DNA from: Callorhinchus milii
Taxonomy: Eukaryota
Assembly: GCF_018977255.1 (NCBI RefSeq)
Contig: NW_024704742.1
Location: 126,854,001 to 126,918,000 of the forward strand
Direction of reading: 5' to 3'
Length of the DNA: 64,000 bases
Below are positions 40,038-53,819 of this stretch, in pieces. The notes beneath the pieces were generated by a model. That model saw only the letters and a list, made by a program, of their open reading frames with translations, was not told the DNA's origin and did no database searches. Made by a program: the position numbers and the translations under genes. How positions within the stretch are numbered: position 1 is the stretch's first letter; each line of letters starts with the position of its first letter.

Positions 40038-40118
40038 CCCGGGATTCGAAACTGTAAAGCGCTCTGAGACACCGTCCGGCGTGGAGGGCGTTATATAAAT
40101 CCAAGTTGTTGTTGTTGT
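40038..40118 (+). mobile_element. Short 3' tail fragment of L2 family B in the hAT 5' region
   Basis: gcgctctgagacaccgtccggcgtggagggcgttatataaatccaag(ttg)n is nearly the reverse complement of 54546-54620. Confidence 0.8.
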
Positions 40119-40193
40119 ACGGATCGGCAAATTTTTCAAACACGGCGTGGCAACCGTGGCAATAATTTTCACTGATGAGGACGTTAATTCGAA

Positions 40194-43100
40194 ATGAGTT
40201 TATCAAAGAAGCAGAAAGTGGATCCTGAAGGCCGAATATTCAACAACAACAAGATTCCATTTATAGCGCGCCTTTCACGTCGGGAGGACGTCCCAAGGCG
40301 CTGTACAGTTGGGTCAGGACCCGAGCAGGGGGGAAATGGTCAGGGGGAGGGAAGGGAGGGAGCGAGGAGTGGGTAGAGAGTCGAGAGGGGAGCTGAAGGC
40401 ACGGTCAAAGAGAAAGGTCTTGAGACCAGCCTTGAAGGACGAAAGGGAGGAGGCGGCGAAGGCACTGGGGGATGGAGTTCCAGAGCCTAGGCGCTGAGAG
40501 GCTGAAGACCCGGCCACCGATGGTAGGGCGGTTGGGGCGGGGGATGTGGAACAGACCGGAGCCAGAGGAACGGAGGGTACGGGCAGGTAGGTAGGGGGAT
40601 AGTAGGTTGGAGAGGTAGGAGGGAGCAAGGCCGTGAATGGCCTTGTAGGTGAGGATGAGGATCTTGAAATCGATCCTCTGGGGGATGGGGAGCCAGTGGA
40701 GGCGAGCGAGGGTGGGAGTGATGTGGTCCCGAAGCCTGGTGCGGGACAGTACACGAGCTGCAGAGTTCTGAATGACCTGCAGCTTGTGGAGGGAGGTGCC
40801 GGGAAGGCCGGCGAGGAGAGAGTTCCCATAGTCCAGCCTTGAGGTGATAAAGGCGTGGACCTTTCAGCAACGTGAGGGGTGAGGTAGTGCCGTAGTCTGG
40901 CGACATTCCAGAGGTGATGGAAGGCGGTGCCAGTTGTGGCGCGGATATGAGGGAGAAAGGACAGCTCAGGGTCGAACAGAACCCCGAGGTTCGACTGGCT
41001 TTGAGAGGTGGAGAGTGCAGCCTTGGATGCTGATGCTGTCAGCGCCTGAGGTGCGGAGGCGCTGACGCGAGCCAATTAGGAGGGCCTCAGTTTTGCGCAC
41101 GTTGAGCTGAATAAAGTTGTCTCTCGTCCAGGACTCGATGTCAGACAGGCAGCTGTCAGGACATCGGTGGTCGTGGAGTTGAGGGTAGAGGAGGAAAGGT
41201 AGAGTTGGGTGTCATCCGCATACATGTGGAAGTTAACCCCATGTCTGCGGATGATGTCACCGAGGGGGAGCATATAGAGGGTGAAGAGGAGGGGACCGAG
41301 GACAGAGCCCTGAGGGACACCGCACGAGACAGTGCGGGGGCCGGAGGAAAAAACATTCGTGGAAACAAAGTGAAGACGGTGGGAGAGGTACGACCTAAAC
41401 CACTCAAGGACAGGGCCTTGAAGGTTGAGGTGGGAGGACATGCGGTGGAGGAGGATAGCATGGTCGACCATATCGAATGCTGCCGATAGGTCGAGGAGGA
41501 CGAGGAGGCAGAGGGAGCCTGGTCATAGATGGTCAGGATGTCATTGGTGAACTTGACCAGGAGTTTCTGTGCTATGGGCAGCACGGAAACCCGACTGAAG
41601 GGGTTCGAATAATGAATGGGTGGAGAGGAAAGAGCGCAGCTGGGAGGCGACAACTCATTCCAGGACCTTGGACAGGAAAGGGAGGTTGGAGATGGGCCGG
41701 AAGCTTGATAGCTGCGACGCATCAAGGGAGGGTTTTTTCAAGGTGGGAGTGATGGTGGCAGTTTTTAAGGGAATGGGAACAGAGCCAGAGGAGAGGGACA
41801 AAGAATGGACTTCTAAATATTTTTGTACCAGTGTGGGTGGAAAAGCTATGCGCTTAATTTGCAAAGAAAGTGTGGCAGCGTTCAAAGACTACAACTTGAA
41901 TCGTCATTTTGAGAGCAAACATGCTTGCAAATATAAGAACGTTTCTGCCGAAGAAAAAGAAAAGAAAGCTGATGAGACGGTTGTTCGATTGCAAAGAGAG
42001 CAAAGCATTTTCACAAAACAATTTGCATCCCAGGATGAGATTACAAGAGTGAGTTACGTGATTGCACACAAAATCGCCAAGAGCAGCAAACCATTCTCTG
42101 AAGGAGAATTTATAAAGGAATGTCTGGTTGACTCTGCCTTGATGTTATGCCCAGACAAGAAAAAACAGTTTGAGAACATTAGCTTGTCAACGCGAACTAT
42201 TGTGAGATGTGTCGAAGATATCTCTGAGAACCTGTATCTGCAGTTAAAAAATAAAGCAAGCAATGTTGCATGTTTTTCACTGGCACTCGATGAGAGTTGT
42301 GATGTCAAAGACACAGCCCAGTTGATAATTTTTATTCGAGGTATCACCAAACATTTTGAGCTCACAGAAGAATTGGTATCAATGCAGTCAATGAAAGATA
42401 CGACAACTGGAGAAGATTTTTGGAGGCAGTGAATAAGTGCATCTTAAAATTAGGGAGTGGAGTGGAAAAAATTGGTGAATGTGACCACCACCGATGGAAG
42501 CCCAAATCTGATAGGTAAAAATGTTGGGTTACTGAAAATAATTCAAGATCAAGTCAAAGAAATAAATCCAGAACAGAATATTGTTTTTCTACACTGCATT
42601 ATCCAGCAAGAGGTCCTCTGTAACAGTGTTCTAAAACTAAGCAATGTTGTGGAAAGTGGTCAACTACTATCGAGTAAGAGGATTAAACCACAGGCAGTTT
42701 GTAACTCTGCTTGAGGAATTGGAATCCGAGCACACAAATGTTCTGTATCACACAAATGTAAGATGGCTTAGTTTAGGAAAGGTCTTGAAAAGAGTGTGGG
42801 AACTAAGAGCAGAGACTGATTTATTTTTGGATATGTAACAAAAAAATTTGGATTTCCCACAGCTGAATGACGCGAATTGGCTCTCTGATTTCACATTTGC
42901 AACAGAAGGGGGCCTTTGTGTACGATTTGTATCGCAGTGTCATGTCATTTATGACAAAATTATTTCTTTTATCGTGTCAGATAGGAAACTTTCCAACTTT
43001 GCAGCAGATTACCGTTTGCGATCAAAGTCTTAAAAAGTATACTTCGTTACTACTTGACTTACATGCCGAAGTTTCTCGCCGATTCCAGGATTTCAATTTG

Positions 43101-43488
43101 ATCAAAAATGACCTGTCATTGGTCTCTTCACGTTTCTCATTTGATGTTGACAAAGCCCCATTTGACCTCCAACTCGAGCTTATTGACCTGCAATGTGATT
43201 CATTGCTTGCAGAGCAATTAAAATCAGTGCCGCTTCCCAGTTTTTACGCCTCTCTTAATGAATATACCATTCAAAAAATAAAGGCTCATGGCCAGAGGAT
43301 GCTTGTGCTGTTTGGATCAACATATATGCGAGGAGAAATTTTCTGTGATGAAATTCAATAAATCAAAACATAGATCTGCGATGACTGATGACCACCTTGC
43401 AGCAGTTCTCCACATTGCAACAACGGAGACGATTCCTGACTTCAATTGTCTGGTTAACTCACATCAGCGCTTTCATTCTTCTCATTGA
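40194..43488 (+). pseudogene. Disrupted hAT transposase (GTF2IRD2/Charlie-like)
   Basis: MSLSKKQKVDPEGRIFN, then L2 insertion, then KEWTSKYF...ICKE...NLNRHFESKH...FSLALDES.D...TTDG...LHCIIQQ...VRWLSLGKVLKR...FGSTY; several frameshifts and stops. Confidence 0.92.
40245..41799 (-). mobile_element. L2-clade LINE (family A), 5'-truncated 3' end, inserted in the hAT transposase
   Basis: [25 protein letters not shown] and [10 protein letters not shown] motifs; 3' hairpin and (TTG)n tail. Confidence 0.93.
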
Positions 43489-44784
43489 GTGAGCTTCTCA
43501 CATTCTCATCAATATGTGAATATATGAATAATTATCGAATAAATGTCTCCTTAATAAGTTGTTTTTATTTAACCTAATTTTAATGAATGTCAATTATATA
43601 GACTTTATTTTATGCATGTACAAGTGTAAGAGTTGATTTCGAGCTATTATTAAGCATTTGCATGTATATTAAGTGTGTGGCCCTCGAAGCTTACTGAAAC
43701 TCGTGAAGTAGCCTGCCAGCCAAAATAATTGCCCACCCCTGCTCTATAGGCAAGAGTGTAGAATAGGTTTTCAGATGGTTTTAACTGCCTTTTCTATTCT
43801 TACAATAATCATACCAGATTACATTTCTGTCCCCCTCTCTCCTTCACACACACACACTCAGAAAAATCAATATCCTAACGCTAAACATTTTGAAAAGTGA
43901 ATGACCAGATGTGATAACATTCAAGCCAGCAACTACAGTGTATAAAGTTTTTTTTAAAATAGTGCTACCTGTCTAGATGGAAGCTTACAATACTCATCCA
44001 ATTTAAATAATTACATCATCATTCTACTCATGTAATATCAATTCTCTGAACTCTTCACCTTATAATATTTGTCGACCAATACCTAACAAAATATTTCCTA
44101 AGTTTCCTTAGTCTACACACCTGACAAGGCATGTGGACTAAGGAAACTTGCCCAAAGTTTCGCCTTGCTGGGAATCAAACCTAGGTCCTGGGTTTGATAA
44201 ATGAGTCCAGTGGACTCCTTCTGGAGTCTTCCTAATAAGCCAGCTATTAAGGAGTTGATTGATTGATTGATTAAATATTATAATACACAGACATGCAATT
44301 CAATCTATCCTTTTTGAACTTGTGTCTTTTCTCCACAAGAATCAATTGAATCCCACTCAAACTCCATACTCTTCTTAATATCTCTTCTCTTCAAGCCAAG
44401 CATGCAATTTTCTTTTTAAATAATTTATGGACCTTGCTTCAACTACATCTTGTGACGGAGAATTCCATAGTCTTACCACTCACTTTGTGAATTTTTTTTT
44501 CTACCCTTCGCCTTCCTTTATGTATTTGCTCTGGTTGGGAGTTTACTCCCTATATCCATTATTCTGCAACCCTAAAACAAATCTGATCTCTAGTCTCATT
44601 TGACGTTTTTAAGTCAACACTACAAAGGAGACAAACATATTCATCTTTTTCTTTAAGTACCATATGGTATCACTGAGGCACTATAGATTTTATTGAGCTT
44701 GCAGTTATAAACTGAAATGTTTACCTGCAAAACATTAAGATTTAAGAACGCAAGTTTTTTTTAAAAAAATTTGGTTAGTAGAGT

Positions 44785-45140
44785 ATTGGTTAGTAGAGCA
44801 TTCGCCATGTCATCAAGAGGACCCAAGTTCGATTCCTGGGTAGGGAGAAACGTTAGGCAAGTTTGCTTACTTTACCCCTCTGTTTACCTAGCAATAAGTA
44901 GGACCCCGTTGTTAGTCAATTGGCGGATCACTTTTCCAGGTAATAATCCCTTAAAAAATAATAATAATTTGGTCACTCAATTCACAGCTGTTTGTGGGAC
45001 ACTGCTATGCACAATTTGCTGCTGCGTTTTTCCTACAAAATATAGTCAGTTCACTTTAGTGTAAAATTATGTGAAGTGCTTTGAGATGTCTTGAAGAAGT
45101 GACAAGTCACTATATCAACTGCAAGGATTATTATTATTAT
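44785..45140 (+). mobile_element. Older related SINE subfamily copy
   Basis: tRNA-like head (gttcgattcctggg), Deu-like core, tail tgcaaggattattattat. Confidence 0.75.
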
Positions 45141-47280
45141 ATTTACAACATGCAATACACATTTTCAACAATAGGGTGTTAACATTGTGCTCTAATTGTT
45201 TTGCACGGGTTGCCATATCAAGCAGGAATTAAAATAGCAAAGAATGTCACCATTAACAGAGTCGTCACTCCTCTCAACAGTAATTGAATGTGAAGCGCTT
45301 CAAAATTTTAACATAAGGTGCTATAGAAATTTAATATCAATGTTCCAAAATGGCTATTTATATACGTGAATTGATACTGCAATGTACCTTCTGGGGGTGA
45401 TGCAATTTTAATTAATTGGCAATTGAGCAAAATATTGTAGTTTCAGGGAAGGGTTTCCACTTGCACAGCTGGCATATTTTTATCATTCTTTTTCCAGAAT
45501 GATTTTGTGTAGGAGGTGGTTCAAATCACTCAGAATATAATCACACTCTGAACATGCTGCCTATAGTTAATTTGCCAATAAGAAGCAATCTTAACAAAAA
45601 AAACTATGCTCAGTCAATTAAAGAAATTATATTTTTGTTGTACTGTATAAGCCTCTAACTTCTGAAAGTCACATCCTTGGACACATTTATTCAGTCCTAC
45701 TCATTTCAGACTTTGACACTCCTTGCTCGGACAGTGGGATTACAATGGTTCTTTATCATTTCCATTAATCTGTGGTACTGTAAATGATCAACTCCCATGT
45801 GCATACAACACAGAGCAAGAAGCAATGCCTAAAAATCAGATTTTCTCCATTTTGTTCACATAACTAAAAAAAGCTAACTCATCCACAAATACCTCTTTTG
45901 TGAATTGTATATAAAATGCAGCATTCGGAAATGCACTTGATACTAAACAGTAAGCGTAAGCTAACTCGTGTTGAATCACTCCAGTCAACTGGAACAGGAT
46001 AGCACAGCAGAGTCCACATACCAGCCAGCAATATTTCACAGAGCAAAGCACTAACATCAAAGCGAGATAATCTTTTCCTCCCCTTCTGTAGGTTGAGCTT
46101 TAATCTTGAATCACAGAAAGGAATAATATTTTCCACAAAGGTAGGCCAGATCACGCAGTCCATCTGGTTTTGGAAGTCTGCTGGAGGGATGGGAGGCAAG
46201 ACTTGAAATGAGGGAGGAGGGGGAAAGAAAGGCGTAACAATTTAAATTATTCACTATTTTCCAGAAGTAATACTGAAAGAACATGAATGGCACTATATCA
46301 AATGCAAGGATTATTGTCATTTTACACACGCAAAAGGAAATAAATCTGCATGCATCCATATAATCCTACCTCTTTGTGAGGCATTTGTGAGGCACTCCAA
46401 CATGCCACCCCATGTGAAGGGTGCAATATAAGTTGTTGTTGATGATTGGCAATATTATGGTAGTGATATAAATCATTGTGCAGAAGGGAAAAGGGGAGTA
46501 TTGTTGCACATTACATATGAATTATTTATATATTTCTTAGAGATGATGTCATTCTGAGAACAAATGGAAATATGAACAAAAGCTTTGTATTGCTAGCAAG
46601 AAGATTTGAAAGGGTTTCCAAGTTCCTGGCACAGGTAAAGCTAGTTCACAGAGCATCATAATCTTCATTAAGACACTAGAAACAGAACACTTCAGTTACT
46701 TCAAATGCAAATAGGTTATGGTACAAAACGCACTTCATATTGTTTCAACTTTGTTCAGAACTGAAGCTCAATCTTCAAAGCAAACACCAATGTAACAATG
46801 ACCTCATGAAAGTGCCCTTAAAGTCTAATTAACAGATATATTCATCACTACAGTTATAATCAGACAAACAGAAAACACAGATTGCACCTGCATCAGTATA
46901 AATAATATGGATGCTTTGTAAGAGGTTGCATAACCACATTATATTCTTTCTGTCAACTCATTCTATCACATAACTGTCTTGCATCCTCTGCTATCTCCTT
47001 GTATCTATGTAAAAAAATGCATGCAATCACCCATGTGGTTATCTGTGACAATAGGCAACTCTTGTATCGATTGAATATTCATAAATAAATCCTTTGCCAA
47101 GAACAGGCTAAAGAAATTCTACTGAAAAATATCCACATCGAATTAGGACATTGCGCAACTGACAGTATGGATAGCTAATCCCACAAAACAGGACGGTTAC
47201 CTTCAGGAGTTAGTCCTTTCCTATTTAAATACTGTATATGGCAATTTAATGATCATTCCAATTACCTATGAGATACTCAC

Positions 47281-47404
47281 CAAAGGGCAATTCAAAACGG
47301 GTGTCTAACAGGATTTTATGTGGTGTTGGACTTTTGGTTCCACAAATCTCATCGTCCTTCATTAAAACCTCTGCATCCAAAATTGTCCATTCTCCTGGTC
47401 CTTC
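47281..47404 (-). CDS. UNC13B: UNC13B coding exon, end of C2A region ([41 protein letters not shown])
   Basis: Manual translation; acceptor ttttaacAG, donor G|GTGAGT; 124 nt, phase 0 to 1; close to recalled mammalian Munc13-2 EGPGEW...[12 protein letters not shown]. Confidence 0.95.
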
Positions 47405-49148
47405 CTGTTAAAACATAAGCCCCAGTTAAATTCATGCTAGACCTAAGCAAAACATAAAAATCTTGCACCTTGAGTATTAAGAATATCAAAAGTAAACTCA
47501 ATGACTCACAATAGTTTCAATCATTTTCTGATACAAGATCATCCTTCTTTCATACCTAAATGTTTAGGTGCTAATATCCATTTTATACCCAAAATTTACA
47601 TTTTGAATCATTTGGCCAAAATGTTTGAGCTCATCGTATAAGAGATATCAGTGCTAGGAATGGATAATTTTATGAATATTTTAAATAGGAATGCTTGTGG
47701 GACACTGCTGTGTGCAATTGGCCACCCTGTTTCTCCCTCGAAATACACAGACAATTCACTTGAGACATCTCAATGATGTGATAAGGCGCTATATCAAATG
47801 TAAGGATTGTTATTATTATTATCAATTTTAAACTTCAATACCCAGTTTCAGCATCACGTACACCCGTGAGAAATATAATGTGAGTCAGCAGAGAAGCAAA
47901 GCATTTCTGCCCTCAAAACAATGCAAGTTAACCTTAGGCTCCAACTTTAACCAATCTAAATGATTCAATTTCCTTACCAGCTGCCTGATGGGCTCCTGAA
48001 TGCTGATTCAACACACATGAGCAGTGAACTTATACACAAACACAAATTGTACTGATGGATCAATGCTAACTACCCAGAAATGGCTAGACCCCGTACAAAC
48101 CTCCCATCAATAAATGGATCCCACACTAACTTATTATCCCTGACTAGATCCCATTCTCACTACTTAATCATTGGCGGGATCTGAACTCAGAATCGAGAGG
48201 TGAGTCGGCAATATGCTAAGACTCCAAAACCAACAGCCCCATTATTCTACTGAAACATTACTATTAATTACATATGCATCTTTGTCAAATTATGTTTCCT
48301 TTCTGTATAGAAGCCTTTCTGTATGGAAGTCAATTAAACACAATCTATGAAGGCACACTCAGTTACGCTGAAAGATTTAAGTGAGGCATTTTGACAAATA
48401 CACCAACATTTCCAATTACTGGTGGATGCACATTCTACATTAGCAGCAGTGAAAATAAAAGGCTTTTCACTATCACTTTCATTCAGACAATAATACAATC
48501 CTACCATATTGATTTTTAAATTACAATTAATACCACTGATCTATTATAAATTATTAATCTTTTCCTGAAGAAAGGAAGTGTTCACCACTGCGCTGCAAAA
48601 AGCACATCAAATGTGCCACAGGGAAAATGGATGACAGCAAAAAGAGAGCAGCTAATGTGTGGTATTGATTTAAACAAACACTCCTGGGCTTTTCACGTGT
48701 TAAATGTTTTTCGGAAAAGATCATTGTGGACTGAAGTGATCTTCCCTGCAGGTAAAATGCAGTCACAAAAATGAACTGGTCTGAGATTGACAGCTAGGAA
48801 AACAATTCCAGTTAATATGATGTAATAGCAACCAGTTTATTAGAAATTAAATCATATAAAAATAAGAGGTAAGAAGCTCTTATAAAAATAACATATATTC
48901 TCCAATTTTTTTAGTCAAACGTCGTGACTAGTTTTGTAGACAAAAACAACTAGTGAGGTCCCATGAAAAGCATTGAAGTGAATGGCCAACAAGTCTGGTG
49001 ACAGGAAGAAACATGCCTCTCTCTTTTTCAATAGTGCCATGGGATTGTTAACTGTTTTGCGAAAACTAACATCTGCAGATCTGTGCTCTTTTCTCCAATG
49101 ATACGATAAACATTTCTATTCTTACAAATGACAGCTGCACAAGAAAGG

Positions 49149-49466
49149 AATAATAATAATAATAATCTTTGCATTTGATATAGCGCTTTTCACGTCAGGA
49201 GGACGTCCCAAAGCGCTTCACAGAACACACTGTAAAGTGAATTGACTATATTTGTGGGCGAACTCGGCAGCCAATTGCGCACAGCAATGTCCCACAAACA
49301 GACGTAGATTGAAAATGACCAATTTATTATTGTTTTGGGTTTTTTGGAGGGATTATTATTAGGCGTGTGGAGTAAGGAAACTTGCCCAAGGTTTCGCCCT
49401 GCCTGGAATTGAACTCAGGTCTCTCGCTTGCAAAGCGAGTGCTCTAACCACTGAGCTACAGGACTC
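49149..49466 (-). mobile_element. Full-length copy of the same SINE
   Basis: Near-identical to 56598-56920. Confidence 0.92.
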
Positions 49467-50689
49467 TGAATAAATGGTATTTCAATATCTTGCAGCCATC
49501 TGGACACAGTAAGACTGTAAATGCGGGTACAAATGACTGCCACGTTTTTCTACAAACACTACATTTTGCAGTAAATACCTGTGAAGCGCTTGGGGACCTT
49601 TCAAAATGACAAGGTGCTATAAAAATTCAAGTTTTCTTTCTCATAAAGGAATTGAAAGCTGGTGATTTTCCTGGTAGTAATAACTAAACTAGTCTCCTGG
49701 TGAATAATTAAGAATAATTAATTACATGCCTACTGCAGACAAAAATCAACCATTGATCTCTGCACAGTCTGGAACTGTATAAAACATGCAAAAGGTTAAA
49801 TATGTTTCTTCAATGAAAAATGAAGTGTTTTACAAAAATAGCCTGCAGACCTCGTTTATAGTGTGGTGCAGTGAGGGTCACAGAAACCCAGATTCAGTGT
49901 CCCTGCTCTTGTACTTACACCAACCTGGGAATACCATTTATGTCCTTAACCACCTTCAGAAGAGTGAAATGCAATTTCCGATCTTTTGGAAACTATATTT
50001 GGACTGCAATTTTAGGGTCAAAATTGCGACAAAATCCGTTCCTGAATCAAAGGAATTGAACCGAGAGAGTAATATAATTGTACTGAACAACTCCAAAGCA
50101 TATATGGTAGTCCTGAAAAGCACACAACTGTTGGGGCTTTGAAGCCAGAGAGTATTCTCAGTAGTTCAATATTTATGTGAAATTCATTTTGTGAAATCAT
50201 GTTTTACTAAGAACATCTGCAATCGAATTTATGATGAGACACTCTCCTTTCCATTGACAAAACTGTCAGAATAAATTTCAGCTACACTAAAGAGCTTTAG
50301 TAAAGGTCACAGCATGAGATTACATTGGACTGTTATGTATGCAATTACCACACAAACTCATGAGGTCACGGACCGCCACATGGCCTGCTACTGCTTTTGT
50401 TACTGAGATCTGAGAATTCTCCATGCACTGCAGGTCTGTCACGTGATAGCATTGAGGTACTATATTCCAAAGCGATAATCCAAATCATTTGGGCACCCTA
50501 AAAGACAATAATCCTGATACGTAATGTCCTCTATTAACTTAGCTCCAATGATCAGCTATGAATAGCCTCCCAACATACTGTCATTAGAAATGACCAATCG
50601 CTATTTGGGTGAAGGGTTAGAAACAGAAGAAAAACAAATACTTGTTGCAAGTCAAAACAGTTACTACAATTTCGACAATGCAACGTAAC

Positions 50690-51060
50690 AAAAAACACTT
50701 AAAAGATGAGTAGAGGCTGAAGAGTTTGAGTCTTCATGTCAGAGCAAATAAGCTTCAGGGGTGCTATGATTGATATGTTTAAGATAATGACTTTGAGAGG
50801 ATAAATTATGAGAAAATCAATGCTGGGAGGTGATCTGTGGACAAGAAGGCATGAATTTAAAATTATAGCTAGAAGTGAGGAAGTTTTTTTTTCCCAAAGG
50901 GTTATCAGAATATGGAATAAATTGCCAAGTCTAGCTGCTGGATCAGAATCAATTAAGGCATTTAAAACACAATTAGATTAGCAAATACAAAGAGAGGGTA
51001 GCACTGGGTATAAGGAAACAGCAGCGAATTGGGATTAAGGTAGATATCTTCATTAGAGAA
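50690..51060 (+). mobile_element. Degenerate CR1 3' fragment
   Basis: gatatgtttaagataatg, ttttttcccaaagggttatcagaatatggaataaattgcc and tttaaaacacaattagat resemble the CR1 ORF2 C-terminus. Confidence 0.6.
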
Positions 51061-52379
51061 TCAGTAACACTAATACAATAGATTAGAACGACTTCCTACT
51101 GCATCATAGATTTCTATAGTTTTCCAATAGTATATGTAAACATAGATTTCTTTGGTTCTATTGATTGTGTAACAGTGGCAGTGACAGAGCACAAAGGACA
51201 TGACAACTGTGGTTGCTTTCCTCCTGATGTTGATGACTTCACTCGAGCCACTCAATACAGTTAAACCTGTCACATTCATATGTGCTTCCTTTCAGTCATT
51301 CCACCGTAATAATAATAATGATAATCCTTGCATTTGATATCGCGCCTTATAAGGTCTTCGAGACGTCTCAAAGCATTTCACAGAATATACTGCAAAGTGA
51401 ATTGACTGTATATTTTGTGGCCGAAAAGCTGTATAGTAAATTGTCAAAATCAACTGAATATTGCAAGAAAAAGAAGAGGGGATTGGGTTAAGAACAGTTC
51501 ATTGACTGGAGATGATAGCACCAGTAGAGGTTCAGTCAGCCAATTGGCGTCCTTCAGGAATTAATTAAATGTTTCCTGAATTCTAGCCATTATTGTTTTA
51601 GTTAAAATTACAAACATGATGGATTCATTAACTCAGTAAATTGGTTCAAATCCATTCTGCCACCCTGTTTGCCTTGTTTGTAGAATTCATTGCCTACAAT
51701 AAAAATAATTTTGCATAAATATCCAAAGTATAATCACACAGACTAGCAGCTTTCACTGTGTTCTGCTGATGATGGTGTCATGATAATAACAATCCTTGCA
51801 TTTGGTATAGTGTCTTTCATGTCAGGAGGATGTCCCAGAGCGCGTCACAAAATTTACTGCAAAGTGGAGTGACAAAATCAACGAACACGGTAGCTAATTG
51901 CGCACAACAAACTGCCAAAAAAATCCATGGAATGAATGACCAATTTTATTTGGGGGATTGTTAGCCAGATTAGGCCTTCTCAGGGAGTTTTTGGCTCACA
52001 TAGTCCTTGATACAATGACAACAACTTGCATTTATTGGTCCTTTTACCTGAGCAACGTCTCAGAGCGCTCAAGAGCGGTGTGGTTTGACACTGAGCTGGA
52101 AATAGAAGGGAGGTGACCAAAGGCATAATCGAAAAGGAAAGTCTTCAGATAAAGATGCATGTCTTGAGATGATAAAGACCAAGACAATACAACAGAATAA
52201 AATACTGAACTTGTATTTCACATCAACAATTCATCAGTATATTTCCCCAAATTCTATTGTCTGGCTCGCATTCCATTCTTTATCGCATGTGTGTTGTCAA
52301 AAATTGTTCAATCTTTACACCGAGCTGAGTAGACAACTGTTGCCAGCAGAGGGGGCTGCATTACATCAGAGACAAATAC

Positions 52380-53340
52380 AACTTTCCTTCAAGCTTCTTT
52401 ATGATTTAAGTTACCAACACCGTACTCTCACTCTCTCTGCAACTATCCTCCTTGACTTCTCTATTGCTTTCAACACCACTGACCACTCTATTGTCCCACT
52501 GACCACTTCACCTCTCTTCCCTCATCCAACTCCATGGCTCTTTTTTGGTTCCAATCCATCCTGATCCACTGCCTCCTCTGTTTCTCTCCCTGCTCTCGCA
52601 CTGTCACTTGTGGAGTACCTCAGCATTCTATCCTCAGCCTCTTCCTTTTCATCATCAACATGTATCCTCAGCTATGTCATCCCAGACACAGGGGTTCCAA
52701 TTGTATGCAGATGACACACAAGTTTACTTTTCCACTTCTACTCTTGATTCCAGGTCCACCAATGTTCTGATCACTTGCCTGTCAGATATCAGTGTGAGGT
52801 ACGAGCTTCTCTAATTCAATATGGATATTACAGAAGCCTTTCTCCTCGGCTCCCGCCAACATCTCCTCTCTCCTGGCTCTGACCTCCTCAACCTCCCCGG
52901 CCACTCTCTCAAACTCATTAAACCAGTGAAACTTGCCATTTGTTTGATCCTCAGCTTTTCTTTCTCCCTCACATCCAGTCCCTGACCGAGGCTGCATTCC
53001 TACCTCACATCCACTGCCACCAAAAAAAACATTCGCCCCTTTTCTAATGCACTCCATGCTGGTCTCCCTATCTCCACCATTCACAAGCTGCAACTTATCC
53101 AAAAGCTTCAACAGTCCTCAGTAGGTTCTCCCAGGGATTTCAAGTTCTACACCATCATAACAAATGCATCCACATCCTGTTTCTCCTCATCTCTTTGATC
53201 TTCTCCTCTGCTCCGCAAACTTAGGCTTGCTGCACATCCCCAACGCTCGCTGCTCCAGTAGTTGACTGAGCCTTCAGTTTCTTACGTCCCAAACCTCTGC
53301 AACTCCCTCTCTCTATTCCTCCACCTTACTCCAAACTACT
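52380..53340 (+). mobile_element. Old degenerate L2 fragment
   Basis: Remnant motifs LLDFSIAFNTTDH, CGVPQ, LYADDTQVYFS, CLSDI across frames. Confidence 0.8.
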
Positions 53341-53819
53341 TTCTCTTTTTTGAATGGTACCCTTGGATCTTAAGCAAGCAATTGGGATTTGCTTTTAACA
53401 TCTCATCTGAAGCACTACACCTCCGACAACCTCAACATTGCACTGAACTGTCAGCTAAGATAATGAGCTCAAAAGCACAACTTTGCTTTTAAGACTAAAC
53501 CAATAACTTCAGTTGTTTCAAGAACCCAGTTCTGTAAAGTATACTGATGCAACATTAAACCATCAGTGGAGCATCACTTTTCTTTGCAATTAGTGAGTCA
53601 TACTTCATTTAATCACCCACGCAATAAAGTGTACAAAACTATGATAACCATGCTAATCAAAAGATGAGCACATTTGATGCCATCATAGCAAGATCTTTGT
53701 GACAGACATGGGATGCAAATAAAATTCCACTGTAGAGCTGCCACTTCCATCCCACAAGGTCATTTGTACTAAATACTCTGGGTTCCTCAGAAATACAAAG
53801 CACCACGGCATTTAGTGTT

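Larger units (their letters stand above)
39709..43741 (+). mobile_element. hAT-Charlie-type DNA transposon, apparently full length, decayed, with nested L2 insertions
   Basis: Imperfect TIRs CAGGGGTAGCCAA / TTGCCCACCCCTG; 8-bp flanks gtctacag (39701-39708) and ctctatag (43742-43749), 6/8 match, NTCTAGAN-like. Confidence 0.88.

Noticed and set aside
41620..42432. 270-aa ORF as a domesticated GTF2IRD2-like or LINE-transposase fusion gene
   Set aside because: Its N-terminus is antisense L2 sequence fused by chance; the rest of the transposase is frameshifted and bounded by TIRs
1..47404. Assignment to UNC13A or UNC13C
   Set aside because: The bMunc13-2-type exon and the SPT.SSRYGSS and [10 protein letters not shown] sequences fit UNC13B; UNC13C lacks the C2A-region exons
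51170..51215. ATG TCC TTT GTG CTC TGT as UNC13B exon 1 (MSLLCV-like)
   Set aside because: No donor at the expected position, and the intervening C2A exons (e.g. VEVWNKGLIWD) were not found between it and 47404
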